A program made the position numbers and the translations under genes. A stretch of DNA of 64,000 bases from Candidatus Pacearchaeota archaeon (GTDB taxonomy: Archaea > Nanobdellota > Nanobdellia > Pacearchaeales > UBA284), in NCBI GenBank assembly GCA_038886195.1, contig JAVZYK010000001.1:80339-144338 (forward strand), written 5' to 3'. The notes beneath the pieces were generated by a model. It ran no database searches and was not told the DNA's origin. It saw nothing but the letters and a program-made list of their open reading frames with translations. Position 1 is the stretch's first letter. Every line of letters starts with the position of its first letter. Shown one piece after another: positions 38,965 through 48,283 of this stretch.

Positions 38965-40452
38965 ATGAAAAAGAGAAAATTTAAAGATTGGTTTAAAAAT
39001 AAAAATGAATTAATTATTTTTCTAATTTCATTTTTTATAGCTTTGACTTTCTTTTTATGGCAACGCAGATTCTTTTCATGGGATTTTTCGGTTTATATGA
39101 TGAATGCAGAATATGCTTTGGGTTTAGGTAATGGTTATGGAAATTATTTTGAGTGGCTCAGGCCTCCTTTTGTTCCTTTCTTACTGATGATTTTTAGGCC
39201 TCTTGGAAGAACTTTTGCGGCCTACTTCTTTGTAATTTTTTCTACATCTCTTTATTTTTTCTCTTTAAAGTTATTTCATGATAAGTTCCTAAAGAATATA
39301 GATAATTCGTGGATTTTTTATATTTTTGCTATTAATCCTTTTGTGCTCGGCTATGGCTTAGGCATTGGTACAGAATTGATTTCTTTATCTTTAATCATTC
39401 TTTTTGTTGTTTTTTCTTTTTCTCCTGTTGGCTTTGTTTTTTTAGGATTGTCTATTTTAACAAGATATTCTAATGCTATTTTATTTCCATTGGTTTTTTT
39501 ATCCAAGAATATTAAGAAAATATTAATGGGATTTGTAATTATTTTAATGGTGTTTTTACCATGGTTTTTTATAAATTATGTGTTTACGGGCCATTTTTTT
39601 ACTAGCGTTGGTGATTATTATGCTTTAAATTCTCTTGAGCAAGCGCCAGCAAAATTTGACTTATGGTTGTTATCTTATCATTTATTACTTGCTTTAAACG
39701 CATGTTTGCCTTTCTTAATTCTTGGAATTTTTAAAAAAAATAAGAATGAAAGAAAAAACAAAGAATTGTTTATAATTATGATTTCCATTGTTATTTTGAC
39801 TTTGTTAATGTACTCAATTAATTCTATAAAAGAACCTAGATTTCTTTTCAATCTTGCATTGCCCGCTTGTTATTTTTCTGTTTTAGGTTTTAATTCTATC
39901 GAAAAATTAAAAGGTGAAAAAAGGACAATAGTAAAAACTGTTCTGATAATTTTTCTTTTAGTTTTATCTCTTTTTACATTTGTTTTTGCAGAAAATACTA
40001 GCAAAGGATTTATTGGAGAAGAAGAAATGACAAAACAAATAATTAAAAAAACAGACAATTGTACTATAGCGAGCGATTTATGGATTTATTTTAATTGGTA
40101 TGGAAAGAAGGCAATTCCTGCCCCGATGGCGCTGAATTTAGTTGAAACAAACGAACCAGAAATTTTTTCAATGATAGATCAAGGTTACAATATAATTTTA
40201 TTTAAAAATTCAGAATCATTTACTAAAAATAAAAATTTCGTAGAAGATCTAAAAAATTATTTAGTAGAGGATAATGAAAAGTACATTTGGCTTAGAAATA
40301 AAGAAAAATGTAAAATTGACGAAAAAATAAACAGAACATATATAGATTCTTTGAAACCTTTTGGCGAATTTTCTAAAGACTTCAGTGGCTGCGATGCTTT
40401 AATGACTAGATTAAACTTGAGGAAAGTATGTGAAATGTTTAAATTTTTATAA
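38965..40452 (+). CDS. Polytopic GT-C-fold glycosyltransferase (PMT/ArnT-like)
   Basis: WD after TM1, RPP motif, about 10 TM, KEPRF. Confidence 0.72.
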   Translation: MKKRKFKDWFKNKNELIIFLISFFIALTFFLWQRRFFSWDFSVYMMNAEYALGLGNGYGNYFEWLRPPFVPFLLMIFRPLGRTFAAYFFVIFSTSLYFFSLKLFHDKFLKNIDNSWIFYIFAINPFVLGYGLGIGTELISLSLIILFVVFSFSPVGFVFLGLSILTRYSNAILFPLVFLSKNIKKILMGFVIILMVFLPWFFINYVFTGHFFTSVGDYYALNSLEQAPAKFDLWLLSYHLLLALNACLPFLILGIFKKNKNERKNKELFIIMISIVILTLLMYSINSIKEPRFLFNLALPACYFSVLGFNSIEKLKGEKRTIVKTVLIIFLLVLSLFTFVFAENTSKGFIGEEEMTKQIIKKTDNCTIASDLWIYFNWYGKKAIPAPMALNLVETNEPEIFSMIDQGYNIILFKNSESFTKNKNFVEDLKNYLVEDNEKYIWLRNKEKCKIDEKINRTYIDSLKPFGEFSKDFSGCDALMTRLNLRKVCEMFKFL

Positions 40453-40485
40453 AATTTTTGTAAGAATCGTAAAATTATAAAAGCA

Positions 40486-41157
40486 TTATAAAAGTTCTTC
40501 CAATTCAGATTTGACAAGGTAACTGTATTTTTCTCCATTTATGATTAAAGTCGGTAGGCCAGTTATGTTGTATTTTAAGATCAAAGCTTTAGTCGCTTGA
40601 TTTTTTGAATTTGCATCAAATGCAAAAACATAAACAGGAGCGCCTTTCTTTTGTTCATTATGTTCATAAACAACTTGATCAAGAATTTTGCCTTGGTCTT
40701 CACAGCCATCAACACTGCCCTTCGGATCTGCTTTTTTGTTTGTATAAAAAAATAAAACTATATTGAATTCCTTGCCACATTCATATTTAATCATTTCAAG
40801 CTGTTGCAAGGTTTTTATTTCTATAAGTTCGTATATTTCTTTTTTTGCCATAACTTCTTCATTTTCTTTCCCAAGTCTTTTTTCAAGTTCTGTTAGCATT
40901 TTTCCTAAAGAAGCCTTTTCTTCAAATAAATCCTCTATATCTAAATTACAAACGTCACGTTCTAAAACAGAATCTCTTACTTCTAATGCCACTAAGTCGA
41001 CAAGAAATCTTTCTTCTGTTTGCTTGAATTCTTCTAATTGAGTCATTGCTATGTAATTTCCAAGAAGCAATCCAAATAAAAAAATTATGGTTGCTAAAAT
41101 TAATGCTGTTATTAACAGCCATAAATTGGTAGATTTAGATCTTTTAATCGAACTCAT
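40486..41157 (-). CDS. Membrane-anchored thioredoxin-like fold protein
   Basis: N-terminal TM; VLFFY...CEDQGKILD...YNITGLPTLIING; no CxxC. Confidence 0.6.
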   Translation of the reverse strand: MSSIKRSKSTNLWLLITALILATIIFLFGLLLGNYIAMTQLEEFKQTEERFLVDLVALEVRDSVLERDVCNLDIEDLFEEKASLGKMLTELEKRLGKENEEVMAKKEIYELIEIKTLQQLEMIKYECGKEFNIVLFFYTNKKADPKGSVDGCEDQGKILDQVVYEHNEQKKGAPVYVFAFDANSKNQATKALILKYNITGLPTLIINGEKYSYLVKSELEELL

Positions 41158-41179
41158 TTTAAACTATTCTTTTATTATT

Positions 41180-42457
41180 TTACCAACTCACTTTTAATTT
41201 AAAAACATATTTTATTACTCCTTCTAGACAAAAAAGTATTAAAATCCACCCATAAATAAATACAAAAACAAGGTAATCTAATAAGTTGATTTTTTCTTTT
41301 AGTTTTGTTAATGCGAAAGAAAAAAAGAGAACTGAAAGCAATAAAGCAAAAATGCTTAGGATGATTCTTGGATCAGAGATAAAAAGTAATGCTTTGAATA
41401 GATTAATTTCAAATTCCAGTCGAAAACGTACTCCTAGTAAAAAATCATAAATTAAGTTATAAGCATTATATACTAATCCATATAAAACTATCGATGCAGC
41501 AGCAAGCATTATGGCAGTTCCTAAAATCACTGTAACTGGCAAAAAAAATGTTCCTAGCGCGCCATATTTCGGAGAAATGAGATGTTTATATTTTACCATA
41601 TTTTGGAAAGTTCCATGCCACCATCTTATGCGCTCTTTTCGCAATTTATTAAATTTTTCTGGGACTATTGTAGTAATTTTTTTGTCTAAAAAAACTATAT
41701 TATAACCTAAGGATTTTACTCTAAGAGCTATTTCAAAATCTTCTGTTAAAGTTTTTTCATCATAGTAGCCGGCCTTTCTGAAAAATTCAGATTTAAATAT
41801 AGTAAAAGCTGGGGCAATACATACCGCATCGACCCTGCCAAGCAAATATCTATAGAAAGAAGTCATCAAATATTCTATCTTCTGCATCCTTGCAAGAAAT
41901 TTTTTTTCGTTGTAGGGCATCATCCAAGAGGTAACTGCCATTACATTTTCATCTTGGAAAAATGGAATGGCCTCTTTTAGCAAGTTTCTTGGGATAAAAG
42001 TATCTGCGTCAAGATGCGCTATTAATAAAGATTTTTGATTTTTTGTTAAATTTTGTCCTTTTTTTGAAAATAAATATCTTAAACCGAAATTAAGAACATG
42101 AGATTTATATCCTGTACTTTTTTCTCTTTGTAATAATATTATTTTTCTGTTTTTTTTAGAATATTTTTTAATTAAATCTTGTGCAACCTTTGGAGTATTG
42201 TCGGTGCTGGCATCATTTATAATTATTGTTGTGATTTTTCCTTTATAATCTTGGTTAATTATTCTTTTTACACACTCTTCTAGAACTTCTTGAACGTTTT
42301 TGGCTGGAATCAAGAAAACCACATTTGGAAAAATATTTGTTGTTTTTGGTTTTTGCTCTTTCTTAAAAAGTATAAGTAAGTAGAATATGGCTATAAAAAA
42401 TCCAATAAATAATATAGGATATAAAACCCATATAGGCAATTGAGGAAGTGCCGCCAT
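41180..42457 (-). CDS. Processive GT2 glycosyltransferase (PgaC/cellulose-synthase-like)
   Basis: DASTD, DAD, TED, ERIRW (Q/RxxRW-type) motifs and flanking TMs. Confidence 0.85.
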   Translation of the reverse strand: MAALPQLPIWVLYPILFIGFFIAIFYLLILFKKEQKPKTTNIFPNVVFLIPAKNVQEVLEECVKRIINQDYKGKITTIIINDASTDNTPKVAQDLIKKYSKKNRKIILLQREKSTGYKSHVLNFGLRYLFSKKGQNLTKNQKSLLIAHLDADTFIPRNLLKEAIPFFQDENVMAVTSWMMPYNEKKFLARMQKIEYLMTSFYRYLLGRVDAVCIAPAFTIFKSEFFRKAGYYDEKTLTEDFEIALRVKSLGYNIVFLDKKITTIVPEKFNKLRKERIRWWHGTFQNMVKYKHLISPKYGALGTFFLPVTVILGTAIMLAAASIVLYGLVYNAYNLIYDFLLGVRFRLEFEINLFKALLFISDPRIILSIFALLLSVLFFSFALTKLKEKINLLDYLVFVFIYGWILILFCLEGVIKYVFKLKVSW

Positions 42458-42528
42458 AAGATAAAAAAGCCGGAAATGATATAAAAAGATTATCCTATTT
42501 TAATGCAATCTTTTTTAGATTGTTTTTA

Positions 42529-43374
42529 TTATGCTAGAGCTCTAGTTGCTGTAACTATTAGATATGTTATTATAAGCAAAATTGTGCTGTGTTTTATTCC
42601 ATATTTTATTGAACCTTCGCTGAGTTTGCCAATTACTAAGCCGGCAAACAGAGCTTGCATTAACAAAAGAATGAAAAAAGAACGTTCAATAAGTTCTTGG
42701 GAGGCTTGTTGTCCGAAAGAAATTCCTATGCCTTCTACTTTAGCACTTTCTAGGCCTGTGGTGCCAAGGGCTCCTGTAATCATGGGTATGAATTTTAATT
42801 CTACAAAAAGCATGATGATAATAAAAATAAAGAAAATTATGTAGCCCTGTACAACCATACTATAAACTCTAGAAGCCCTTTCTTTTTTTAAATCTTCAAT
42901 TTCTGTAACATTCTTTACTACCGCAGTAAGAACATTTCCTATTTCGCCACCAGAAGTTTCAGCTTCTATGATAAGTTCAATACTCCTCGATACAACTTTG
43001 TTTTTAACTTCAGATGCAAAAGTTCTTAATGCCTGTTTTAAAGGAATGGCTAACAAGATTTGATTTGCAAGTTTTTTAATATGGGGTGTTAAACTTCCAT
43101 AATCTTTTGCAGATACATGAACTATGCTTCTAGAGATGGAGCTTCCTGCTTTAACGCTTTCTACTAAATCTCGAACAAATTCAAGGAACATCTCTTCTTT
43201 TTCTTTTTCACGACCAGTTTCGGTAATTATAGATATTAAGAATGGAATGACTGCAATCACTACTGCCAAACCTATTAAAAAGAGCAAGAGTTTAGTTTTA
43301 GCAAAAAAAATTAAACTCAGGATTATTAAAACAATTCCTATTACAATGCTTATTATTTGTATTTTTTTTACCAT
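42529..43374 (-). CDS. Type II/IV secretion F-domain membrane platform (TadC/ArlJ-like)
   Basis: FLEFVRDLVESVKAG, DYGSL, SGGEIG, GKLSEG..KYGIKH. Confidence 0.88.
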   Translation of the reverse strand: MVKKIQIISIVIGIVLIILSLIFFAKTKLLLFLIGLAVVIAVIPFLISIITETGREKEKEEMFLEFVRDLVESVKAGSSISRSIVHVSAKDYGSLTPHIKKLANQILLAIPLKQALRTFASEVKNKVVSRSIELIIEAETSGGEIGNVLTAVVKNVTEIEDLKKERASRVYSMVVQGYIIFFIFIIIMLFVELKFIPMITGALGTTGLESAKVEGIGISFGQQASQELIERSFFILLLMQALFAGLVIGKLSEGSIKYGIKHSTILLIITYLIVTATRALA

Positions 43375-43395
43375 TTTTGATTCTTTATTTAATTT

Positions 43396-44670
43396 TTAAA
43401 CTTCTGGTTGAGTCATTTTTAGAAAAACTAAAAATGCTATATTTAATACTGCAATTGCAACAACGCCTAAATTAGCCAATACCGAAATGTTCATCGCTAA
43501 GAAAGTAGTTCCAAGGACAGACATTATTGCTAGGATCAACATGAAAATTAAAGGTGCAGCTATTAGTAACGCAGTGTAAATGTCAGAGTACATTCCTATG
43601 ACAGCAGTATAACGTTCTCTGCTTAATTTATAATCCAACAACAAGTTTTTTGCCTTTTCATTTAAATAAGTAGTTAAGTCACCTCCTGTTGTTATTGTTG
43701 TGGCCATGCCATTAAGTAAATCGCTTAATTTTCTACTTGAAGTTATCTTAGCTACATTTCTTAATGAAGTAGTTAAATCATAGCCGTAGATATTTATTTG
43801 GTTAACTATTTTTCTTATTTCAACGCTAAACGCTCTATATTCTTTAGTTAAAGCTATGATCGAGAATATTTTTGAAGGTTCAACCTTGCTAGAAGCAATT
43901 GCTGCCATATGAGAGACAGCAAAAGGCAATTCAGCTTCTATTTTTTTTCTTGTTGATGATGCAACATTTGCAGGATAACTTAAGGCAAGGAAAAATACTA
44001 TTGAAGTTACAATTAGGGCTATAACAAGATTTCTTATTACCGCAACAATTGTTCCTTCTAGAGCAAATGCGAGTGCTAAAGCCATAGTAACTGAAAGGAT
44101 TAAAGTAATGAATGTTATAAAAACAATTAATGAAATGTAGGCTGTTAGCATATATGGCATATTTGCTTTTTTCAAGTCATTGCCAAGGCTTTTGAATAAT
44201 TTTCTTTTAGAAAGTTTATAGGAAAATTCTCCGAAGATTTTGCTGGCAAATATAGCAAAAGCAGAAGGTTTTGTAATGATGAGATATTCTTCTTTTTCTT
44301 CAACTTTCTTTTTAAGTCTTGCTTTCATATCTTTAATCGCTTTTTCACTTAAGTTCAATTCTTCCATAAATTTTTTCTTGCTCTCGTCTTCTATATAAAC
44401 GGGCCCGGTTGCTGTAACTATCCTTTGAATTTTTAGAGGCAAACTTTCTTTTTTTTCAGCTTTTACAATTTCAAACCTTAAATTTGGTAAAAAAGCCGTT
44501 ATTGAATTATTGATTAACATTATTTGTTTTATTAAAGATTGAGAAGTTTCTTCTAGGATTTTTTTTTCATCTTCTTTTGCTGTTTCGTATGCAAGAGCTA
44601 TTGAGTTGAGTTCTTCTAGTATATTTCTTATTTTTTGAATATTTGCTCTAACTTTATCTATTTCTTCCAT
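43396..44670 (-). CDS. Type II/IV secretion F-domain membrane platform (TadB/ArlJ-like)
   Basis: ELPFAVSHMAAIASS, GYDLTTSL, TGGDL..YL, C-terminal TMs. Confidence 0.88.
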   Translation of the reverse strand: MEEIDKVRANIQKIRNILEELNSIALAYETAKEDEKKILEETSQSLIKQIMLINNSITAFLPNLRFEIVKAEKKESLPLKIQRIVTATGPVYIEDESKKKFMEELNLSEKAIKDMKARLKKKVEEKEEYLIITKPSAFAIFASKIFGEFSYKLSKRKLFKSLGNDLKKANMPYMLTAYISLIVFITFITLILSVTMALALAFALEGTIVAVIRNLVIALIVTSIVFFLALSYPANVASSTRKKIEAELPFAVSHMAAIASSKVEPSKIFSIIALTKEYRAFSVEIRKIVNQINIYGYDLTTSLRNVAKITSSRKLSDLLNGMATTITTGGDLTTYLNEKAKNLLLDYKLSRERYTAVIGMYSDIYTALLIAAPLIFMLILAIMSVLGTTFLAMNISVLANLGVVAIAVLNIAFLVFLKMTQPEV

Positions 44671-44678
44671 TTTTTTAT

Positions 44679-44855
44679 TTAACTTAAACTTTTTATTTCT
44701 GCATTTATTTCATTATTTATTTTTTCAAGTTCCTGTCTCAGCTCATTAAATTTCTTTTCATCTCCTAGTTGTTTTGATTGTTCTAAATCAAATAATATTT
44801 GTTCTGCAGAAACAACAAGTTGCATTAAAAAAGTTATTTTTTGTAAAGAGATCAT
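44679..44855 (-). CDS. 58-aa helical-hairpin protein coupled to the pilus ATPase; not in the ORF track
   Basis: MISLQKITFLMQLVVSAEQILFDLEQSKQLGDEKKFNELRQELEKINNEINAEIKSLS; ATGA overlap with the ATPase stop and fills the gap exactly. Confidence 0.65.
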   Translation of the reverse strand: MISLQKITFLMQLVVSAEQILFDLEQSKQLGDEKKFNELRQELEKINNEINAEIKSLS

Positions 44856-46438
44856 TTTTTAATTAATTTTGGCGGCAAATATTTTGTTAGAACCTCGCTA
44901 GGATTTTTATAATAATCATTTATTATTCTTTGCACTTCTGTAAAATCAAAAATTTTCTTTTTATAAAGTTCAAAAATGAGTCGTGTTCTTAAACGAAATT
45001 CTTCTAACAATTGCTCTTTGCTTAAACCATATCTTTTCATTATTTTTTCAAAAACTTTACTTTCTGTTTTGAAGAAAAAGGCATCTTTTGCAGGATCCCA
45101 TATAAAAGGGGTGTTAGTAACTGCAATTCCTTCCGGAGTAACTTCAACAATTTCAACTATTTCTCGAAGCCTTCTTGTTTCTTGTTTTTTAACTATTGCA
45201 TGAGTCATAACTGCGACAGCATCTAAAGTATTGACTAAAGTTGGTGAAAGATTTATTGGAGGCGTCTCTAAACGTCTTATAACTGCTTCAACCGAGTCGG
45301 CATGCATTGTACTTAAAGAAGGATGACCTGATGCCATCGCTTGAAATAATACAAATGCTTCTTTACCTCTAACTTCACCAACAATAACGTAATCAGGATT
45401 TTGCCTGAACGATTCTTTTAATAAAGTAAACATATCTATTTCACCAATTCCACTTATGCCGGTTCTTGCAACGCTTGGCAGCCAGTTTTCTCTTGGCAAG
45501 TTTATTTCTCTGGTATCTTCTACTGAGACAACACGCGCTTCAGGAGGAATAAAAAAAGCCAAAGCATTTAGCATCGACGTCTTTCCGGATCCGGTTCCTC
45601 CAGCGACTAAAACATTACATTTGTATTGCATCAATATCCAAAAATAAGCCAACATTTCTGGTGAAAGAGTATTCATTGATATTAGTTGAATAGGAGTCCA
45701 AGGAATTTTCGTGAATTTTCTTATAGTAAAAGTAGGTCCTTTACTAGTGACTTCTGTTGTATAGGTTGCATTCACTCTTGAACCATCAGGAAGAGTTCCA
45801 TCAAGAAGAGGCGAGGCATAAGAAACATACCTCCCACATCTTTGTGCTAATTTTTCTACAAAACTGGCAAGTTTATTCATATTTTTATATATGAGATTGG
45901 TTCTCATATTTCTGTAGATTCTATGTACAATATAAACAGGAGTTCCTACTCCATTACATTCTATGTCTTCAATAAAGAAATCTCTTATTAAAGGTTCTAT
46001 TTCATTTAAACCGATAAAATCTCTATAAATATAATAAAAAAGCCTGTTATAACTATCTTCACTGACATTTCTGCCCAATTCTTTTAAAAGAACCTTTGTC
46101 ATTTTATCAAGATACTCTAAGATAGCTTCCTGTGTTTTTTCAGTTACTGCTCCAAGATTGATTAGTTCTAACATTCCTGCTTCAAGTTCTTCAAGAATTT
46201 TGGTTTCAAAATCATTCAACAAAGGTTCTTCTATATCATAAACTACTTCTCCAATGTTGGGATTCCAGTAAATGTGAGCTGTAACATAAGGCGAAATTAA
46301 AACATATCTAACATTAATTTTAGTTTTATCTTCTATTCTTGGTAAAGAAGGTATTTCTGGTGTGAGATTTATTGCGGGGTGCTTTGGTTTAGGTAATCCG
46401 GGAGGTTTTGGTATTGAAGGTGGTAATGGAAAAGGCAT
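44852..46438 (-). CDS. Type IV pilus/archaellum-type assembly ATPase (ArlI/PilB-like)
   Basis: EDIECNG, GGTGSGKT, VEDTRE, RQNPDYVIVGEVRG, SGH...TMHA. Confidence 0.92.
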   Translation of the reverse strand: MPFPLPPSIPKPPGLPKPKHPAINLTPEIPSLPRIEDKTKINVRYVLISPYVTAHIYWNPNIGEVVYDIEEPLLNDFETKILEELEAGMLELINLGAVTEKTQEAILEYLDKMTKVLLKELGRNVSEDSYNRLFYYIYRDFIGLNEIEPLIRDFFIEDIECNGVGTPVYIVHRIYRNMRTNLIYKNMNKLASFVEKLAQRCGRYVSYASPLLDGTLPDGSRVNATYTTEVTSKGPTFTIRKFTKIPWTPIQLISMNTLSPEMLAYFWILMQYKCNVLVAGGTGSGKTSMLNALAFFIPPEARVVSVEDTREINLPRENWLPSVARTGISGIGEIDMFTLLKESFRQNPDYVIVGEVRGKEAFVLFQAMASGHPSLSTMHADSVEAVIRRLETPPINLSPTLVNTLDAVAVMTHAIVKKQETRRLREIVEIVEVTPEGIAVTNTPFIWDPAKDAFFFKTESKVFEKIMKRYGLSKEQLLEEFRLRTRLIFELYKKKIFDFTEVQRIINDYYKNPSEVLTKYLPPKLIKK

Positions 46439-46490
46439 TTTCTTTTTTACCTCTTTTATTACTTAAATAGAAGAATTTGTTATTTAAATC

Positions 46491-46658
46491 TTACTTCTTC
46501 TTTTCTTTAGTTATCCATTTTTGTTTTCTACTTCTATTCATATTGAAATGTTTTCTACATTTGCTAGAACAAAAATGAAGTATTTTGCCTTCAAGAGTTA
46601 CAAACATGATTCCTCTACCAGGTTCAATTTCTTTTGAACAAAAAAAACATTTTGTCAT
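46491..46658 (-). CDS. rpl24e: Ribosomal protein eL24; not in the ORF track
   Basis: [40 protein letters not shown]...KW. Confidence 0.93.
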   Translation of the reverse strand: MTKCFFCSKEIEPGRGIMFVTLEGKILHFCSSKCRKHFNMNRSRKQKWITKEKKK

Positions 46659-46664
46659 TTTTCA

Positions 46665-46964
46665 TTAAGTGAAAGCTCCTTTCATAACTTTTGTTTTTAT
46701 TCGTCTTGCTTCAATTTGTGTTTCACGTAACATTAAAATATCTTTCAGACGTATTGGACCTTTAACATTCCTTCTTATGGTTTTGCCTTTTTCAGGGCCT
46801 TGCAGTATTTTTACTTTAACTTGAGTTAATTCACCCCTAAAACCCGTTCTTCCCAATATTTCTTCGACAACGGCCGGAACTGCTTCATTGTAAATTATTT
46901 TTTCTATACCTTTCATTTCTGTAGCTCCACCTTCTCGTAACCTTTGCTGTTTTTTGCTTCCCAT
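46665..46964 (-). CDS. rps28e: Ribosomal protein eS28
   Basis: [14 protein letters not shown]...[20 protein letters not shown]. Confidence 0.93.
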   Translation of the reverse strand: MGSKKQQRLREGGATEMKGIEKIIYNEAVPAVVEEILGRTGFRGELTQVKVKILQGPEKGKTIRRNVKGPIRLKDILMLRETQIEARRIKTKVMKGAFT

Positions 46965-47007
46965 TCTTATATAACTACTTGTTTAATTTTTTATTAAATA
47001 TAGTTTT

Positions 47008-47322
47008 TTATTTTTCCTTTTTGATTAATTGTGCAATCTGTGAAGCCGCATCACCAGCATCTACGATTGCAACGGCAGATGCCGCTACATTAATTCCTGC
47101 TGAAGCTCCTAACTTTTTCTTTGAATCCACTGTAACGAAAGGAATGCCTTTTTCTTTACATAGAGCAGGCAAATGTTGTGTTATTTCTGCAGGTTGGACA
47201 TCTTCTGCTATTACTACTAATTTTGCATTGCCACGCTCAATTGCTTTAGTAGTTTCATTAATGCCTTTTTCTATTTTTCCACTCTTTCTTGCAGTTTCTA
47301 CGATTTCATAGACAGAAACCAT
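47008..47322 (-). CDS. rpl7ae: Ribosomal protein L7Ae (eL8)
   Basis: KGINETTKAIERG..KLVVIAEDVQP...HLP.LC...LG..AG; SD-preceded ATG at 47322. Confidence 0.95.
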   Translation of the reverse strand: MVSVYEIVETARKSGKIEKGINETTKAIERGNAKLVVIAEDVQPAEITQHLPALCKEKGIPFVTVDSKKKLGASAGINVAASAVAIVDAGDAASQIAQLIKKEK

Positions 47323-47366
47323 TTTAACCTCCCTCATATTTAATTAAATCAGTCATATGGTTAAAA
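47322..47366 (-). promoter_or_regulatory. Double kink-turn hairpin in the L7Ae 5' UTR
   Basis: mRNA UUUUAACC-AUAU-GA-CU-GA-UUUA-AU-UAAA-UAU-GA-GG-GA-GGUUAAAA(UG): two bulge plus tandem-GA units sequestering the SD. Confidence 0.75.
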
Positions 47367-47396
47367 GAATTAATGAAAATTGCTTTAAAAAGATTT

Positions 47397-48092
47397 CTAA
47401 AAACAAGCCATAATTTTTCTAATGTTTGATTGTATCGTTTGTGTCAAAGCATAAGTATCAAAATCTTTTCCTCTTATAAAATCGTTTGGATTTATTTGTT
47501 TATCATAAATTATAATATACTCTTTTCTTTTTTTATTTATTTTCATTAATTCTACAGATGGAACAATTATTGAATTGAATCTTGTTTTATTTTTCTTTAA
47601 ATTGTTTTTTAATCTAATTTTATAAGCTAAAGCTAAACCTCTTTTTGCTATGAATTCTTCAGGATTGTCTGTATTAAAATTTCCAGAAACTGCTATTAAT
47701 ACATACCTTGGCTCATTTTTGTTTAGATCCTCGGTATCAATCACTTCTGCTATAGTTTCTAAATCTTTTTTAGCACATCTTGTCTCGTTACCTTCAATCC
47801 ATTTTCCATTTAACAATCTTATAAATGGTTCTAACCACCATCTTTTAAGATACCACCTGGGCATTTCTTTTTTTATTATTAAATAAAACTGTTCTTTCAA
47901 AGCAAGCCCTATCGGAATAGATCTTTCTATATTTGTATGCGTGGTTGCTATTACTATTCTATAACTATTGGGCACTTTTTCTAAGTTCTCTTTACCATAA
48001 GTTTTTATGTCTCCTAAAAATGAATATATGGGCGTAAGAACAAAATTAGATATAAAATTATAGAATCCTTTTTTAATGCTTTCATATGCCAT
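47397..48092 (-). CDS. Divergent PlsC-like acyltransferase-fold protein
   Basis: IKTYGKENL...IVIATTH...IIKKEM...VLIAVSG...KRGLA...IVP follows the PlsC motif order, but HX4D and FPEG are degenerate. Confidence 0.5.
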   Translation of the reverse strand: MAYESIKKGFYNFISNFVLTPIYSFLGDIKTYGKENLEKVPNSYRIVIATTHTNIERSIPIGLALKEQFYLIIKKEMPRWYLKRWWLEPFIRLLNGKWIEGNETRCAKKDLETIAEVIDTEDLNKNEPRYVLIAVSGNFNTDNPEEFIAKRGLALAYKIRLKNNLKKNKTRFNSIIVPSVELMKINKKRKEYIIIYDKQINPNDFIRGKDFDTYALTQTIQSNIRKIMACF

Positions 48093-48283
48093 TTTTCCTT
48101 TTTAAGCCATATAAATTTATAATTATTTTTGCTTTTAAATATATAAATAAAAAAAGAAAAAGATAAAAATAAAAAAGAAAAAACAAAGGGTTCAAATAAA
48201 ATAAAATAATTTTCCCTTGTTTTTTATTTGGCCTTTCGTTTTCTTCGGCTGGTCTCCGATTGGCTTTTTCGTGTTTGCCTTTT

